Positions 1 through 11,281 of a stretch of DNA of 64,000 bases are shown one piece after another. The notes under the pieces were generated by a model that saw only the letters and a program-made list of their open reading frames with translations, made no database searches and had not been told where the DNA came from. Position 1 is the stretch's first letter; the number at the start of each line of letters is the position of its first letter. Position numbers and translations under genes: made by a program. This stretch comes from Histomonas meleagridis 2922-C6/04-290x (lineage: Eukaryota; Protista; Parabasalia): NCBI GenBank assembly GCA_020184695.1, contig JAANOX010000265.1, forward strand, positions 123,210 to 187,209, given 5' to 3'.

Positions 1-493
1 ATATGTTCATTTCTTAATTATCAATTTCGTTTATATTTCTTAAATAAAGGTTATGTTCTAACCTTTGTGATAAAAATGATGAACAAATAATTCTACATAT
101 ACAATAATATGGGAATTTTAATGAATTCTTACATAAACTCACAACAGTTTCGACAGAATTCAAAAATGATTTTTTCTTTAAGCAAAATAAAAACATTTGA
201 AGTATGTTAAAGACTTGGAAATGACTTTTGAAGTTCATTTACCAAGTTAAAATAGAAAAAAAAAATTGTTTTATAAATTTATAATTATATGATAAACTTT
301 TCGATTTTGTTTCGACTACATTTTTACAAATTTCCCCCTAAGCATACTCATTATTTTTATATATCACCATTTTTAGATGATATTGCAATAAGTTGGCATT
401 CATTTAAAAAGCAATTGAGAAGTTTATGAATTTTTTTGAAATGTTTATAATAACCGTAATTAAAACGGTTTCGGTTTGGCCTTCCTTTTCCCA

Positions 494-1090
494 ATGTCTA
501 TTGTTATTGACGGAAAGGGCCATGTTTCAGGCCGCTTAGCAGGTGTCATTGCCAAACAACTCCTCAATGGAAGGAAAATCGTTGTTGTTCGTGCCGAAAG
601 CATCGTTACAACAGGTGACCACCGTTTCAATTATCATAAATACCGCCGTTTCTTAAGAAAGACAACCAACTCAAACCCACGCCATGGTCCATTCCATGAA
701 CGTGCACCAGCTGAAATATTCTCTCGCACAGTTCGCGGTATGGTTAATTATAAAACAGCCCGTGGTGCAGCAGCCTTTGCTAGACTTAAGGTTTACGAAG
801 GCATCCCAGAGAAGTACGAAGGAGTAAAGAAACTTGTTGTCCCAACTGCTCTTCGTGTAGTTGCAATTCGCACTGATCGCCCAGTTACAACACTTGGAAA
901 GATTTCTACAACATTCGGATGGAAATATGGTCATGTTGTCAAGGCTCTTGAAGAAAAGAGAATTGCTAAAGCAGCAGAATTACATGAAGCAAAGAAGGCA
1001 GAAAAGGAAAAGAAACAACGCGCCATTGCAGCTGCTAACAAGCAGTTAGGTGCTGCAGCTGTTAAATTCCTCGAAACATACGTCGAGTAA
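494..1090 (+). CDS. RPL13A: 60S ribosomal protein L13a (uL13)
   Basis: MSIVIDGKGHVSGRLAGVIAKQLLNG...GPFHERAPAEIFSRTVRGM...LKVYEGIP matches the uL13 pattern. The ATG at 494 is preferred over the TTG at 476. Confidence 0.95.
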   Translation: MSIVIDGKGHVSGRLAGVIAKQLLNGRKIVVVRAESIVTTGDHRFNYHKYRRFLRKTTNSNPRHGPFHERAPAEIFSRTVRGMVNYKTARGAAAFARLKVYEGIPEKYEGVKKLVVPTALRVVAIRTDRPVTTLGKISTTFGWKYGHVVKALEEKRIAKAAELHEAKKAEKEKKQRAIAAANKQLGAAAVKFLETYVE

Positions 1091-1548
1091 ACTTGATTGC
1101 ATTAAAATAATTTTCAACTTTTTAAAATGAGTACGATTAAAATTAAAAGAAAAAATTTGTAACTTTTGTTCAGATGAAACCAAAATTCAGATTCGAAAAG
1201 GATTAACACATAATAAAAATAAAAAAATATAAAAGATATATAATCATTAAAAAATTCCTTTGTTTAAGGAAATCCAACAACAAAAAGTGATTTAGAAACG
1301 TATAAGCTATAAAACGAGAAAAAAATAATTGAATTGATTTACCTGATCTCATTTAAAATCACCAGAAAATATTCTCAATATGATTTATATTTGGTTTTTA
1401 TGTTTGACTCAAGGATTTTAAGCTGATAAAAGCTTTGTATATTAATATCTTTTTTTGTAATATATAATGAAAAAAAAACAATTTTACGATAGAAAGAAGT
1501 TTATTTAATATTTTATAATGAAATATAATATAACATATTATAAAAAAA

Positions 1549-2054
1549 TTAGAAATCAATGAATGATAAATTGAATTCATCTGGATAGAAGAATTCGAAA
1601 TCTTCAAATATGTTATCTTCTTCTGGTGTTATAATTGTTGTTGCTGGTGAAGAATAAACATTTTCTTGTGTTGGTGATCTTTCAACTGGAACTTCATTTT
1701 GTGTTTGTGCCTGTGTTTGTGTTTGTTCACTTGGGAATAAAAGAAGTCCTTTCTTCATTTTTTTCGCATTAAAACTTGATATCTGTTTTTAACCATAATA
1801 TCTGTTCGATGATCAAAAGAATTTAGAAATTTTAACCCATAACTCCAGCGTTCTTTACATTGACGTGCATTACGTCCTGGCATCTCTTGTGAAATTGCAA
1901 CCCAATCATTATCGCCTAAACGTGTAACAATTTCTTTTAAGCGTTCATCTTCTTCTTCACTAAACTTACTATGTGGTTTAAAGCTTCGATTATTAATACC
2001 ATTGTTGAATTGTGTAAATTCATTTTGTTGTTCATATGAATTTATAAAATACAT
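1549..2054 (-). pseudogene. R2R3-Myb transcription factor, internally deleted and frameshifted
   Basis: KFSEEEDERLKEIV...DWVAIS...PGRNARQCKERW (R2) jumps directly to YGLK...RTDIMVKNRY (end of R3). The acidic tail (1549..1758) is in another frame, separated by one base in an A-run near 1758-1765. Confidence 0.7.
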
Positions 2055-2114
2055 TCTAATATAAAAATGATATTAATATTTTCTTCTTGTTCATCTTGAG
2101 TTTTTGAATGCGGT

Positions 2115-2473
2115 TGACAATGAACAAATCATTTTTCATACAAAAATATTGAGAAGAATTGAACGAAATGACAACCAACAAGTCATTATTTCAAATAAAG
2201 TTGTTAAAACCAGAAAGTGACTTATCATTTTGACAACAAACAAGTCATTATCCGTCATAAACCATATAAAAAGCTAAAAAGTGTATTACCGATAGGACAA
2301 TGAACAAGTCATTATCTGCCATAAACCAAACAAATCATAAAAGTGCTATTCTTGGCTTCTTATTGAATAATCGTAAAGTATACAAAATATTTGATTATTT
2401 TGGCAACAAACAAGTCATTATATGTCATTCCAGGGTGCCTCGTTCTATCAACATCGTCATTTAACAAGTCATT
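2115..2473. repeat. Cluster of dyad motifs TGAC-N9-GTCA(TTA): 5 copies plus a half site
   Basis: Copies start at 2115, 2169, 2231, 2295 and 2401, with N9 = aa(c/t)(a/c/g)aacaa. There is a half site at about 2463 and an inverted half site at 2569-2577. Confidence 0.75.
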
Positions 2474-2845
2474 AAACGGAAAAAATAATTATATAAACAT
2501 TTCAAAAATGAATTAATATCGGTTATTTAAACATGCGATCAATACACAATTCAGTTCATGATGAAGAAAATGACTTGAATTAAAGTAACATAAAATTATT
2601 ATATAATAAAATAAGTATACTTTCAAGATTTTTTTTAAATAAATTTTAAAAGAAATTTTGGAATTATTTTAAAAATAATTTTCATACCAATTTTTATTTT
2701 TATATTTGAAATCTAATAAATAGATAGAAATGTGATTTTTTCTGTTAAAGAATTGCAAAATACAAAACTAAAACATTTATTAAGTTTCGAATTATAAAGA
2801 AGAGAACATTTCGTATGCATCAAATCGTTTATAATTTTTATCCGC

Positions 2846-3064
2846 TCACGCATCAGCTGTGTCACTTGTCTTTTTCGCTCCCAAAATCCATCCCACGACA
2901 GCTGCCAACGCAACCGCAGCCGCAATCATCGCAACTGCATATCCTGGCACATTCCCAGCCGATGCGTCATCTACCCTGTACCCCATCGGCGGTATGTCTT
3001 CATAATTATCCGATCCGAAATTCACAGTAACTTTGAAGTTATTTGCAAAAGTTGTTTGTTGCAC
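2846..3064 (-). pseudogene. C-terminal fragment of a single-pass membrane protein
   Basis: Hydrophobic helix YAVAMIAAAVALAAVVGWILG followed by AKK. No ATG start or signal peptide. Confidence 0.4.
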
Positions 3065-3312
3065 AGTTCGATCCTTTGTTATGTATTTAAATATACAAAC
3101 GTTCAGTAGTCATTTCGAAATTTTAATGTATTAATTTCATCAAATTAAATTTCTTACTTTAACACTTGAGGGGGAAGCATTTTGGAAAGCATCACATCCA
3201 CTATAACTCTTATATAATCGCTACATAACATACTATAAATACTTGTATACCTAACTTTTGGGAATTAACATGAATTAGCATATGTAAATGGTACGTTTTT
3301 AGTGTATCTGGG

Positions 3313-3645
3313 TTATTTATGTTGTAGTTGAGGGAGAGAATTTGATGATGATGATGAATTTGATTTTTCAAAATCTTGTTGTGATATTTTGTTGAATTCT
3401 TCATAAGCCATTCTAACAGTGTCCCTTTTAAGCATATCGATAAGTTGAATTCTTGATTGAATTCCTCTTAAAAGATGTGCTTTCTGTTTTTCAAGGGATT
3501 CTTTTTCTTCTTTCAGTTCCTTTTCTTTTGCTTTGCTATTTTTTTGAAGTTCATTGAGTTCATTTTTTTTCTTTTCGATAATTTGTTGAAGTTCTTCTTC
3601 AGACATAAAAATTTCACATAACATGTCTATAAGCTTTGGGTTCAA
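3313..3645 (-). CDS. Small coiled-coil hypothetical protein
   Basis: E/K-rich heptad segment. The real start may be MSEEELQQ (3606). Head-to-head with the Rab at 3649. Confidence 0.55.
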   Translation of the reverse strand: MNPKLIDMLCEIFMSEEELQQIIEKKKNELNELQKNSKAKEKELKEEKESLEKQKAHLLRGIQSRIQLIDMLKRDTVRMAYEEFNKISQQDFEKSNSSSSSNSLPQLQHK

Positions 3646-3648
3646 AAA

Positions 3649-4371
3649 ATGACAAACTCTCTGTCAATCTCAGATTTACCAGCCCCAGGCAAATACCATC
3701 AATTTCACCCTGAGTATACGAGCGAAACGTTGTCTTCTTTCTCTTGTCCTCGTCCGATTTCAATGAAGTTAATTTTTTTAGGCGATGTTGCTGTAGGTAA
3801 AACATGTCTTGTCAATAGGATTGTAAAGGGAACATACAATGAGTCATATAAACAAACTGTAGGAGCTCAATTCTTGCCAATTCAAACCCAAATCAATGGA
3901 AATGATATCAAAGTACAAGTTTGGGATACATCAGGGCAAGACGACTACTTCACTGTTGTCCGTGCATACTTTCGTGGAGCTAATTTTGCTTTTCTATGCT
4001 TTGATCTTTCCAGACCAGAAACATTTGATAATCTCGAAAAATGGTATCAACGTGCAATAGAAAATGCATCAGAAATCAAGTTCTTCTTTCTTGTTGGTTG
4101 TAAATCAGATCTCCCACAAAAGGTTGAAGAAACTCAAATCAATGAATTTGCCAAGAAGAACCAAATGGAATATTTTTCTGTATCCTCCAAAAGCAACGTC
4201 GGAACTGCTGAGCTTATAAAGCGTGGATGTTTCTTGACTGCTGTGAGCATTGGATCAAATATAAAAGTTCCAAAAACAGTAACAGTGCAAGCAAAAGAGC
4301 AGAACGAAACACCGCAAACAGTGGACATTACTCACAGCGAAAATTCGAAAAAGAAAGGATGTTGTAATTAA
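3649..4371 (+). CDS. Rab-family small GTPase
   Basis: GDVAVGKT P-loop, WDTSGQ, FRGA, GCKSD, SSK, and C-terminal CCN prenylation motif. Confidence 0.92.
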   Translation: MTNSLSISDLPAPGKYHQFHPEYTSETLSSFSCPRPISMKLIFLGDVAVGKTCLVNRIVKGTYNESYKQTVGAQFLPIQTQINGNDIKVQVWDTSGQDDYFTVVRAYFRGANFAFLCFDLSRPETFDNLEKWYQRAIENASEIKFFFLVGCKSDLPQKVEETQINEFAKKNQMEYFSVSSKSNVGTAELIKRGCFLTAVSIGSNIKVPKTVTVQAKEQNETPQTVDITHSENSKKKGCCN

Positions 4372-4849
4372 ATAAAGTATCTAACAAATTGAACAATTTA
4401 TTAATTTTAAGTCATTAGTATTACGATCAAAAAGTGGATATTGTGTAATATTTAACTTTGGAATTAGCAAAGTCTTAACTTCTTTATTCATAAAGAATAT
4501 GGTAATTGTTAAAGTTTTACTCAGAATAATGAGGAGTGATTTGCAATTTCGAATTAAAGTGGTATAAATTGCTTCTGATTCAATTATATGTATGTTTCTG
4601 TTTAAGGCGAATGAAAGAAATATATGAAAAAAGAAAAGTTTTCTAAAAATCAACAAAAACATAATAAATTTAAAAATAATACAATATTTCAACATTTTTC
4701 CCCATTAATTGGAAATGATTTAAAATAAATTTTAATTATCTAATAAAACACTTTGATATCTTTAGATTTATATTGAGGCTAAAAAATGTAATATTTTTAT
4801 TCCCACTTATAACTTTAACATTTACTAATGTTCCATTGGAAAGCTTTGA

Positions 4850-5449
4850 TCATTTTGTACAGCCGCATCTATCTTGTAGAAGCATTTCATTTACCATTAT
4901 GTTGAGAGCTTCGTTTATTTTAAACGAATACTTGGTTGACACTTCTTGGAAATGTGCTCCGAACCTACGGGAAATAGCTTCGCCTTCTTCTGTTTTGACA
5001 ACTCGAGAACTTTCTAAGTCACATTTATTTCCAATTATTAATAGACACATGTCTGAAGTAATTGGCACCTTGGCATTGATACATTCTATCCAACGTGAAA
5101 TATTATCGAATGATTTTCGATTGGTTATGTCATAAAAAACAAAAATACCTCTTGCTCCTCGAATAAAAGATCGTATAACTGAAAATATTTCACTCATAAT
5201 ACTGGGGTTTTCCCAAAATTGTAATATGATGTTTGACTTATCATCTATATTAATTTCTTTTGTTTTATAGCTATAGCCAATTGTACTTGGAATATCATCT
5301 TCAAACAGGGCATAGGCCAACTGGTTGGCAAAGTGTGTTTTACCTGTATTTCTGTCTCCTATTATCACTATCTTGTATCTGAGATCTTGTTTTCCTTTCA
5401 TTTTGAAAAGGCGGTTATGAACTGTCACTTTTTTATATATGCCAGCCAT
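4850..5449 (-). CDS. Divergent Rab-family small GTPase
   Basis: YKIVIIGDRNTGKT, TIG, FIRGARG, GNKCD, STK, C-terminal CGCTK. G3 reads WENPS instead of WDTAG. The start may be MKGKQ. Confidence 0.87.
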   Translation of the reverse strand: MAGIYKKVTVHNRLFKMKGKQDLRYKIVIIGDRNTGKTHFANQLAYALFEDDIPSTIGYSYKTKEINIDDKSNIILQFWENPSIMSEIFSVIRSFIRGARGIFVFYDITNRKSFDNISRWIECINAKVPITSDMCLLIIGNKCDLESSRVVKTEEGEAISRRFGAHFQEVSTKYSFKINEALNIMVNEMLLQDRCGCTK

Positions 5450-5789
5450 AATTTCTTAACTTTACTTATTCAGCTTCGCCCCATTTTGGTCTCGTTCGAG
5501 GATGAATACAAAATCTAACTCTTTTATTTTAGTAAATTGTTGATTAATATGTACAAGAATAAAATTATATTTAAAATGGGAATAACTACAAGTTATTGAA
5601 TATACAGTTTAAGCAAGTTAAGAGAAAATTTATTTTCCATTCGAATCATTTACATACAAAATATTGAAGTAATATATTAAAACATAATAACAAAGTAAAC
5701 ATTGTTTTGTGCTTTATATTTTCAAAATTATTTCTGTTTCGATTTTCATCTTCATAAAACAAAACATTTCATTTAGTTGTCATGTTTAT

Positions 5790-7190
5790 CTATTGCTTAT
5801 TTTGAACAGTACATTTTTCTTCTTTAATTGGCTTATTTCCTTGGAAATGGGAAGCCACAATGCATTGTTTTAACTTTGACCCAGCGAATATTACTGAATC
5901 TGATTCGACCAAACAGTCATTTAATTCTGCATTTTCTTGAACAGTAACTCCTTCAAAGAGCACTGTATTTATAATCTTTGCACCTTTTCCTATCCTACAG
6001 TTCTTTCCTATGACGGATCTTTGGATTGTTACGTTTTCATTTGGAATATGTAAATTATCACCATAAACATTACATGGGACAAATCTAAATGTGTTATGCA
6101 CATTAATGTCCCTTCCAACATAATACCCATTGGTGTTTTCCCCATGAGGAATGAACCCTTTTAAGCGGCCGGAGCCGCACATCAAATTTGCCAAGAAAAG
6201 TGACGCGTAATCAGTAACTCGAAAAGCGAAGTTATCATCGCCAATACAGTAGATAGATGCCTTATGAGCACGCTTACGATGTAAGATTCGGTTATTAGCA
6301 AATTGGGCTGATTCGGCTTCTTCTCGACATAAATATGGAATGAGTTCGGACTCAATGGAATGGATTTTTTGATTGTCAGATACATCCTCTTTAAGAAGTG
6401 AAACACATTTGGGTGACAAAATATAGGCATTTGTGAGTTGCATCGAGGAATCAATAATTAATGACTTGTTGTTATGAAGAAAGACATCTTGAATTTCCAT
6501 ACCTTCACTGCTTTCGTCAGCGGAAAAGTCTGATGAGGCAATTGATTCAAATGATTCATCGCGATTGACAAGAGCTTGTTTGAGAGAAAGATCGAGATCT
6601 TCGTTAAGCGATTCGCGGTCAGACAGAAGAGTAACAAGGTTCGTGGGTTCGTTTTCGGGATATACAAAATATCTTGTTCCATATGGATTTCGGACATTAA
6701 TCATATAACCTGGAACCTTAGATTTAGACTTATCAAGTCCATGTTTGGTAGCAATAACAGTGATTTCTGAGCGAGATGATATGTGAAAATCAATAATTTC
6801 TGTCAAATTGACAGATGTTAATAAATCAATTGGAAAAACAAAAGTGTATTTATCTGTTCCAATCTTACGAATTATCTCTCCTGTAGTGAATGTACCATCA
6901 ACTGGAAGAAGAGAGAGATTTATATTTAAATTATTATGTGAAGTGTATTGAGCAAGATAATCTTCATATTCTTTGTTGTCTTTACTTAAACAAACAAGCG
7001 TTATGTTGATCAAGCCGCATTTTTCGAATTGTTTAAAAATATGGTGGGCGATTGGCTTATTCCCTATTGTAACACGACCAAAAAGTTTTTCACTTACTGC
7101 TTCACGTGTAAATGGAGGCCTGTTTGCCATAATAATAACATTTATGTTAGAATATGGTGACTTGTGCAGAACTTGTGGTTCAGAGATCAT
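5790..7190 (-). CDS. Translation initiation factor eIF2B gamma-like subunit
   Basis: N-terminal nucleotidyltransferase-like region (VTIGNKPIAHHIF, PIDLLT) and C-terminal left-handed beta-helix repeats (SVIGKNCRIGKGAKIINTVL). Confidence 0.72.
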   Translation of the reverse strand: MISEPQVLHKSPYSNINVIIMANRPPFTREAVSEKLFGRVTIGNKPIAHHIFKQFEKCGLINITLVCLSKDNKEYEDYLAQYTSHNNLNINLSLLPVDGTFTTGEIIRKIGTDKYTFVFPIDLLTSVNLTEIIDFHISSRSEITVIATKHGLDKSKSKVPGYMINVRNPYGTRYFVYPENEPTNLVTLLSDRESLNEDLDLSLKQALVNRDESFESIASSDFSADESSEGMEIQDVFLHNNKSLIIDSSMQLTNAYILSPKCVSLLKEDVSDNQKIHSIESELIPYLCREEAESAQFANNRILHRKRAHKASIYCIGDDNFAFRVTDYASLFLANLMCGSGRLKGFIPHGENTNGYYVGRDINVHNTFRFVPCNVYGDNLHIPNENVTIQRSVIGKNCRIGKGAKIINTVLFEGVTVQENAELNDCLVESDSVIFAGSKLKQCIVASHFQGNKPIKEEKCTVQNKQ

Positions 7191-7681
7191 TTAAAGTCTG
7201 GACCTTATGTAAAGTTTTGAAAATAAAAATAAAAAAAATCTATCTGAAGGGAATTGAACCATGCTCTTTAGCTATTTTCATACGAAGATGTTGAAATGAT
7301 CCCTGCAAACCACACCTCAAAAAATCTTTTAAGTTTATTTATTAACAAATTTTATTATTATTATTAAGAACTTATTACCTAATTTTTACCTTATAAGTGG
7401 TAAAACAGAACATCATAAGAAACAAGCTCAAGAAGAAGTTATTCCAAATGAAAAGCACAAAAGGGTTTTGATGTATGTTATAAATATTTATTTGGTATTT
7501 ATTTTAATATCTCAAAATAATATTTGGAAATTATCTAAAATATTTCATGCAGCAATTATTATTGCGTCTTTCATTTATCATATAGATATAATTAAATGGG
7601 AAAACTGCAACTTGAAAGAGTCATTTTTTGAAATTTCAAATTCTTTTTATAATTATTAAAACAAAAAGAACTTACTAAATT

Positions 7682-9973
7682 TTATGCAAAATCGGGATGG
7701 TCGCTTTTATATTTTGCTATAGCTTTCTCGTTAATTCCAGCATCGATTAATAACTTTGCAATTTTACCTTTTTTATTGTCTATTGCATAATTTCCCTCAT
7801 TATTCATTACGTTAACGTCAATACCCGAATCAATTAATAACTTAACAATTTTAACATTGTCACAATTAAATAACGCATTTTCTCCATCTTTGTTCTTAGC
7901 ATTTATATCAATTCCAGCATTGATTAACACTTCTACAATTGCTTTATTATGACATCTAAATAAAGCATTTTCGCCATTTTTATTTAGTGCATTAACATCA
8001 GCGCCTGCATCAATAAGTGCTTTAGCAATATCACAATCGAAACTATTGAAAATTGGTGTTTCTCCATCTTCATTTCTTTCGTTGACATCAGCGCCAGCTT
8101 TAATTAATAAATTTGTTTTAAATACTTTATTACAGTGGAAAAGTGCTGTTTCTCCCTCTTCATCTTTAATGTTAACATCAATACCTGCATTAATTAGGTA
8201 CTCAATAACTGCACTTCTGTCGCAATCAAATAACACTGTTTCACCACTTTTGTTTTGCGCATTAATATCGATTCCAGAATCAATAAGTATTTTGGCAACT
8301 TTTTTGTTCATATGAAAATTGAATAATGCTGTTTCACCTCTTTGATTTCTTGAATTTATATCAACACCTGAATCAATAATGGCTTTAACAATTTTGCTTC
8401 CAAGATGATAATTAAACAAAGCAGTTTCTCCTTTTGTGGATTTTGTATTAAGTTCGATACCTGCTTTAACTAATACTTTTGCTACATCTTTATCACATGT
8501 AAAAAGAGCTGTTTTACCTTCGTTATCTTTTTCAGATATGTTTATGCCAGCATCGATTAACATTTGAGCTATTTTTTCTGATCGACAATCAAAAAGTGCA
8601 TTTCGACCTTTTTTATCTTTTTTGTTTATATCGATTCCTAAGTCAATAAGTGTTTTAACAACTTTATTTTCATAACAATTAAAAATAATTGTTTTCCCAT
8701 CTTCATCGACTGCATTAATATCAAAACCATTTTCAACAAGAGCACGAATTGATTCCGGTTTTTCACAATAAAATAGTGCTGTCTTTCCATATGTATCAAT
8801 ATTATCTTTATTAATTCCTTTATCAATAAGTAATTTAATAATTTCTGGATTATCTTGATAATAAAGTGGATTTTGATCCCAATGATCTTTATTATTAACA
8901 TCAATACCTGCCTCAACTAATATTTTTGCTACTTCGAAATTCTTACAAAAATCACCAAAAATTGCAGTTCGCTGATATTTATCTTTTGAATTAACATCTA
9001 TACCAGCTTCAATTAAAAGTTTTGCTTTCTTTGGATCTTCACATTTAAATAATGGCGTTGTCCCTTTTTCATCAAAATCATCAACAGATAAATCTATTCC
9101 TGCATCAATCAGTTTTTTAATTCCATTAACATTATTAAATCCTGGAAATGCTGTGTTCCCATCATTATCTTTAACTGTTATATCAATTCCAGAATTAATA
9201 AGTGCCTTTAAAATTTCGCCATTTTTCGTATAATAAAATAACGCTGTTCTTCCTTTGTTGTCTTTTGTTGTTAAATCAATCCCTTTCTTAATAAGTAAAT
9301 TAATTGTTTCTGCATCCTTACAAAAGAATAATGCTGTTCTTCCTTTTTTATCTTTTATATTGATGTCAATTCCTGCGTCAATGATCTCTTTTGCTACTTT
9401 TCCATTTTCCGCTGTAAAAAGTGCTGTTTGACCTTTTTCGTCCTGAACATTAATATTAATTCCTGCATCTATAAGAACCTTTGCAATTTTATGATTTCTT
9501 GCACTGAAAAGTGCTGTATTACCCTTGTTATTTATAACATTAACATTTGCACCTGCATCAATGAAGACTTTGGCTACATCTGCTTTAAAACATGTAAATA
9601 ATGGCGTTTCGCCATAAAAATCAATATTATTTACATCAATTCCTGCATCTACAGCATATTTTGCAATGTCAGCATTGTCACAATAATAAATGGCATTACG
9701 TTGAACATGGTTTCTTAAGGTCAGGTCAATTCCTGCATCAATTAAAACTTTTGCAACTTTTGAATCATTGCACCTTCCTAAAGCTGTTTCACCACTATCG
9801 TCTGTTGCAGAAACATCAATCCCTGATTTAATTAATAACTCTGCAATTGAGGGATCATCACAACTAAAAAGAGCTGTTTCCCCATGTTGATTCCTCTCAT
9901 TGACATTAGCTCCTTCAGCAATGAGCTTAAATGCATCCTTGTAAGAATGGCAGTGGAAAAGGTCTTTCGACAA
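7682..9973 (-). CDS. Ankyrin-repeat protein (about 24 short repeats)
   Basis: Uninterrupted GIDINxKDxxGxTALF repeats over 763 aa. Confidence 0.95.
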   Translation of the reverse strand: MSKDLFHCHSYKDAFKLIAEGANVNERNQHGETALFSCDDPSIAELLIKSGIDVSATDDSGETALGRCNDSKVAKVLIDAGIDLTLRNHVQRNAIYYCDNADIAKYAVDAGIDVNNIDFYGETPLFTCFKADVAKVFIDAGANVNVINNKGNTALFSARNHKIAKVLIDAGININVQDEKGQTALFTAENGKVAKEIIDAGIDINIKDKKGRTALFFCKDAETINLLIKKGIDLTTKDNKGRTALFYYTKNGEILKALINSGIDITVKDNDGNTAFPGFNNVNGIKKLIDAGIDLSVDDFDEKGTTPLFKCEDPKKAKLLIEAGIDVNSKDKYQRTAIFGDFCKNFEVAKILVEAGIDVNNKDHWDQNPLYYQDNPEIIKLLIDKGINKDNIDTYGKTALFYCEKPESIRALVENGFDINAVDEDGKTIIFNCYENKVVKTLIDLGIDINKKDKKGRNALFDCRSEKIAQMLIDAGINISEKDNEGKTALFTCDKDVAKVLVKAGIELNTKSTKGETALFNYHLGSKIVKAIIDSGVDINSRNQRGETALFNFHMNKKVAKILIDSGIDINAQNKSGETVLFDCDRSAVIEYLINAGIDVNIKDEEGETALFHCNKVFKTNLLIKAGADVNERNEDGETPIFNSFDCDIAKALIDAGADVNALNKNGENALFRCHNKAIVEVLINAGIDINAKNKDGENALFNCDNVKIVKLLIDSGIDVNVMNNEGNYAIDNKKGKIAKLLIDAGINEKAIAKYKSDHPDFA

Positions 9974-10314
9974 TTTAAAAAATGATAAAAATCAGTTGGA
10001 AACGTTAAAACCATTCAAATCGTGAAAAAAAATGCCAGGCGGTTGTATAAGGGCAACCATGTTTTTACAGTGATGTGAGGCGTTGTCATTATTTTTGACA
10101 AAATAAAAACTCCTGAAATCCTTGTACGGCTGTGCTTCGAATACTTGTATATATATATATATATATTAATGTATTTCAAAGAAAGTTAGTATATTTAAAT
10201 ATCTATAGGGTAATTGCAAAAATTTCAAATACTTTTTGAGCTCCTGGAAACTGGAAGCTCAAATTCACAACATTCATGAAGCTAGGGATGTTTCATACCT
10301 TTTAGTGTTCATGA

Positions 10315-10728
10315 TTGGATGTTAAATCAACCAGAACTGCATCAGATATTAACGAAAAAGCGCAAATAACATTAGCAAAGAATAAAATTGAAAACATGTC
10401 TTTAGAAAAAGAAAATATAGCGAATTACACTGCACAAATATTAAATGCAAAATCACAAGAAGAAATCGATAAAATTGTTGCAAAAGCGCAATCACAAAAT
10501 GAAGAAATGAAATCGAATGGAGATGACTCCAAAGATAACACCAACACAGCAGTGGCTATAGCTGTTCCTGTTCCCATTGCCATAATTGCAGTTGCTGCAG
10601 TTGTTATTGTTCTTGTTGCAATAAAAAATAAAATCTCTGTGTTTTTCTCTGTGAATTTACTCACATTGTTATGCCGATACGCATTAGGGTTTAGAAACGA
10701 AAAGTGGTGCTTTGATTTCGAGGCTTAA
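10315..10728 (+). pseudogene. Fragment: GA/FIVAR-like three-helix module plus transmembrane helix
   Basis: AKNKIENMSLEKENIANYTAQILNAKSQEEIDKIVAKAQ followed by TM AVAIAVPVPIAIIAVAAVVIVLVAIK. No ATG, and an in-frame TGA lies just upstream. Confidence 0.45.
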
Positions 10729-11017
10729 TTTTTGTTATGAGGGAATTCACAATATACAATCATTTATTGCCAGTTTATCCTTGATACCAATTTATATTAA
10801 TTCTATTGGTTGATCTTTTCTTCCATAGAATTGAATTAATTCTTTGAGATAATATTGAAATTAATATTCAACGGTATAAATATTTTATAAAATTCGTTTT
10901 TACTATCTTTTATTTGAAGATTTCTAATTGACAATATAAATATTGTATTAAACATTCTGAATAAATTCCAAATTATATGAAGATGAAATAATTATATTGA
11001 TAGTTATTTTGGGATTA

Positions 11018-11281
11018 TTAATCTTCATAGTCATCATCAAACGGATCATCTTTTGCTTCAATATAAAGTTGATTATCATTAACCTTCGCATCTTTTCCGG
11101 TGCTCCTGTTAATTGGTTCTCCGATATCTGAAAGTTGTTCTGATGAAACAAATTTCTTAATAATTGCAAATGCCGCTACAAAAACTGCTACAGCATATAT
11201 AATATTATTTCCCTTTTCATTCACGCTTCCTTGTTCTTCTACTGGAATTCCATCAGTGGTGTTGTGAGTGTTAAGACACAC
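11018..11281 (-). pseudogene. C-terminal fragment of a membrane protein (short TM plus acidic DDPF..DY tail)
   Basis: IIYAVAVFVAAFAIIKK followed by ...AKDDPFDDDYED. No ATG. Confidence 0.4.

Noticed and set aside
2115-2473. CRISPR array interpretation of the dyad repeats
   Set aside because: Repeats are only about 17-21 nt and degenerate, spacing is irregular, there are no cas genes, and the context is eukaryotic.
7245-7319. tRNA-like sequence on the minus strand (GGTTCAATTCCC, B-box-like)
   Set aside because: The T-stem and acceptor stem cannot both form, and there is no convincing anticodon arm.
10147-10166. (TA)n microsatellite
   Set aside because: Ordinary in an AT-rich genome.
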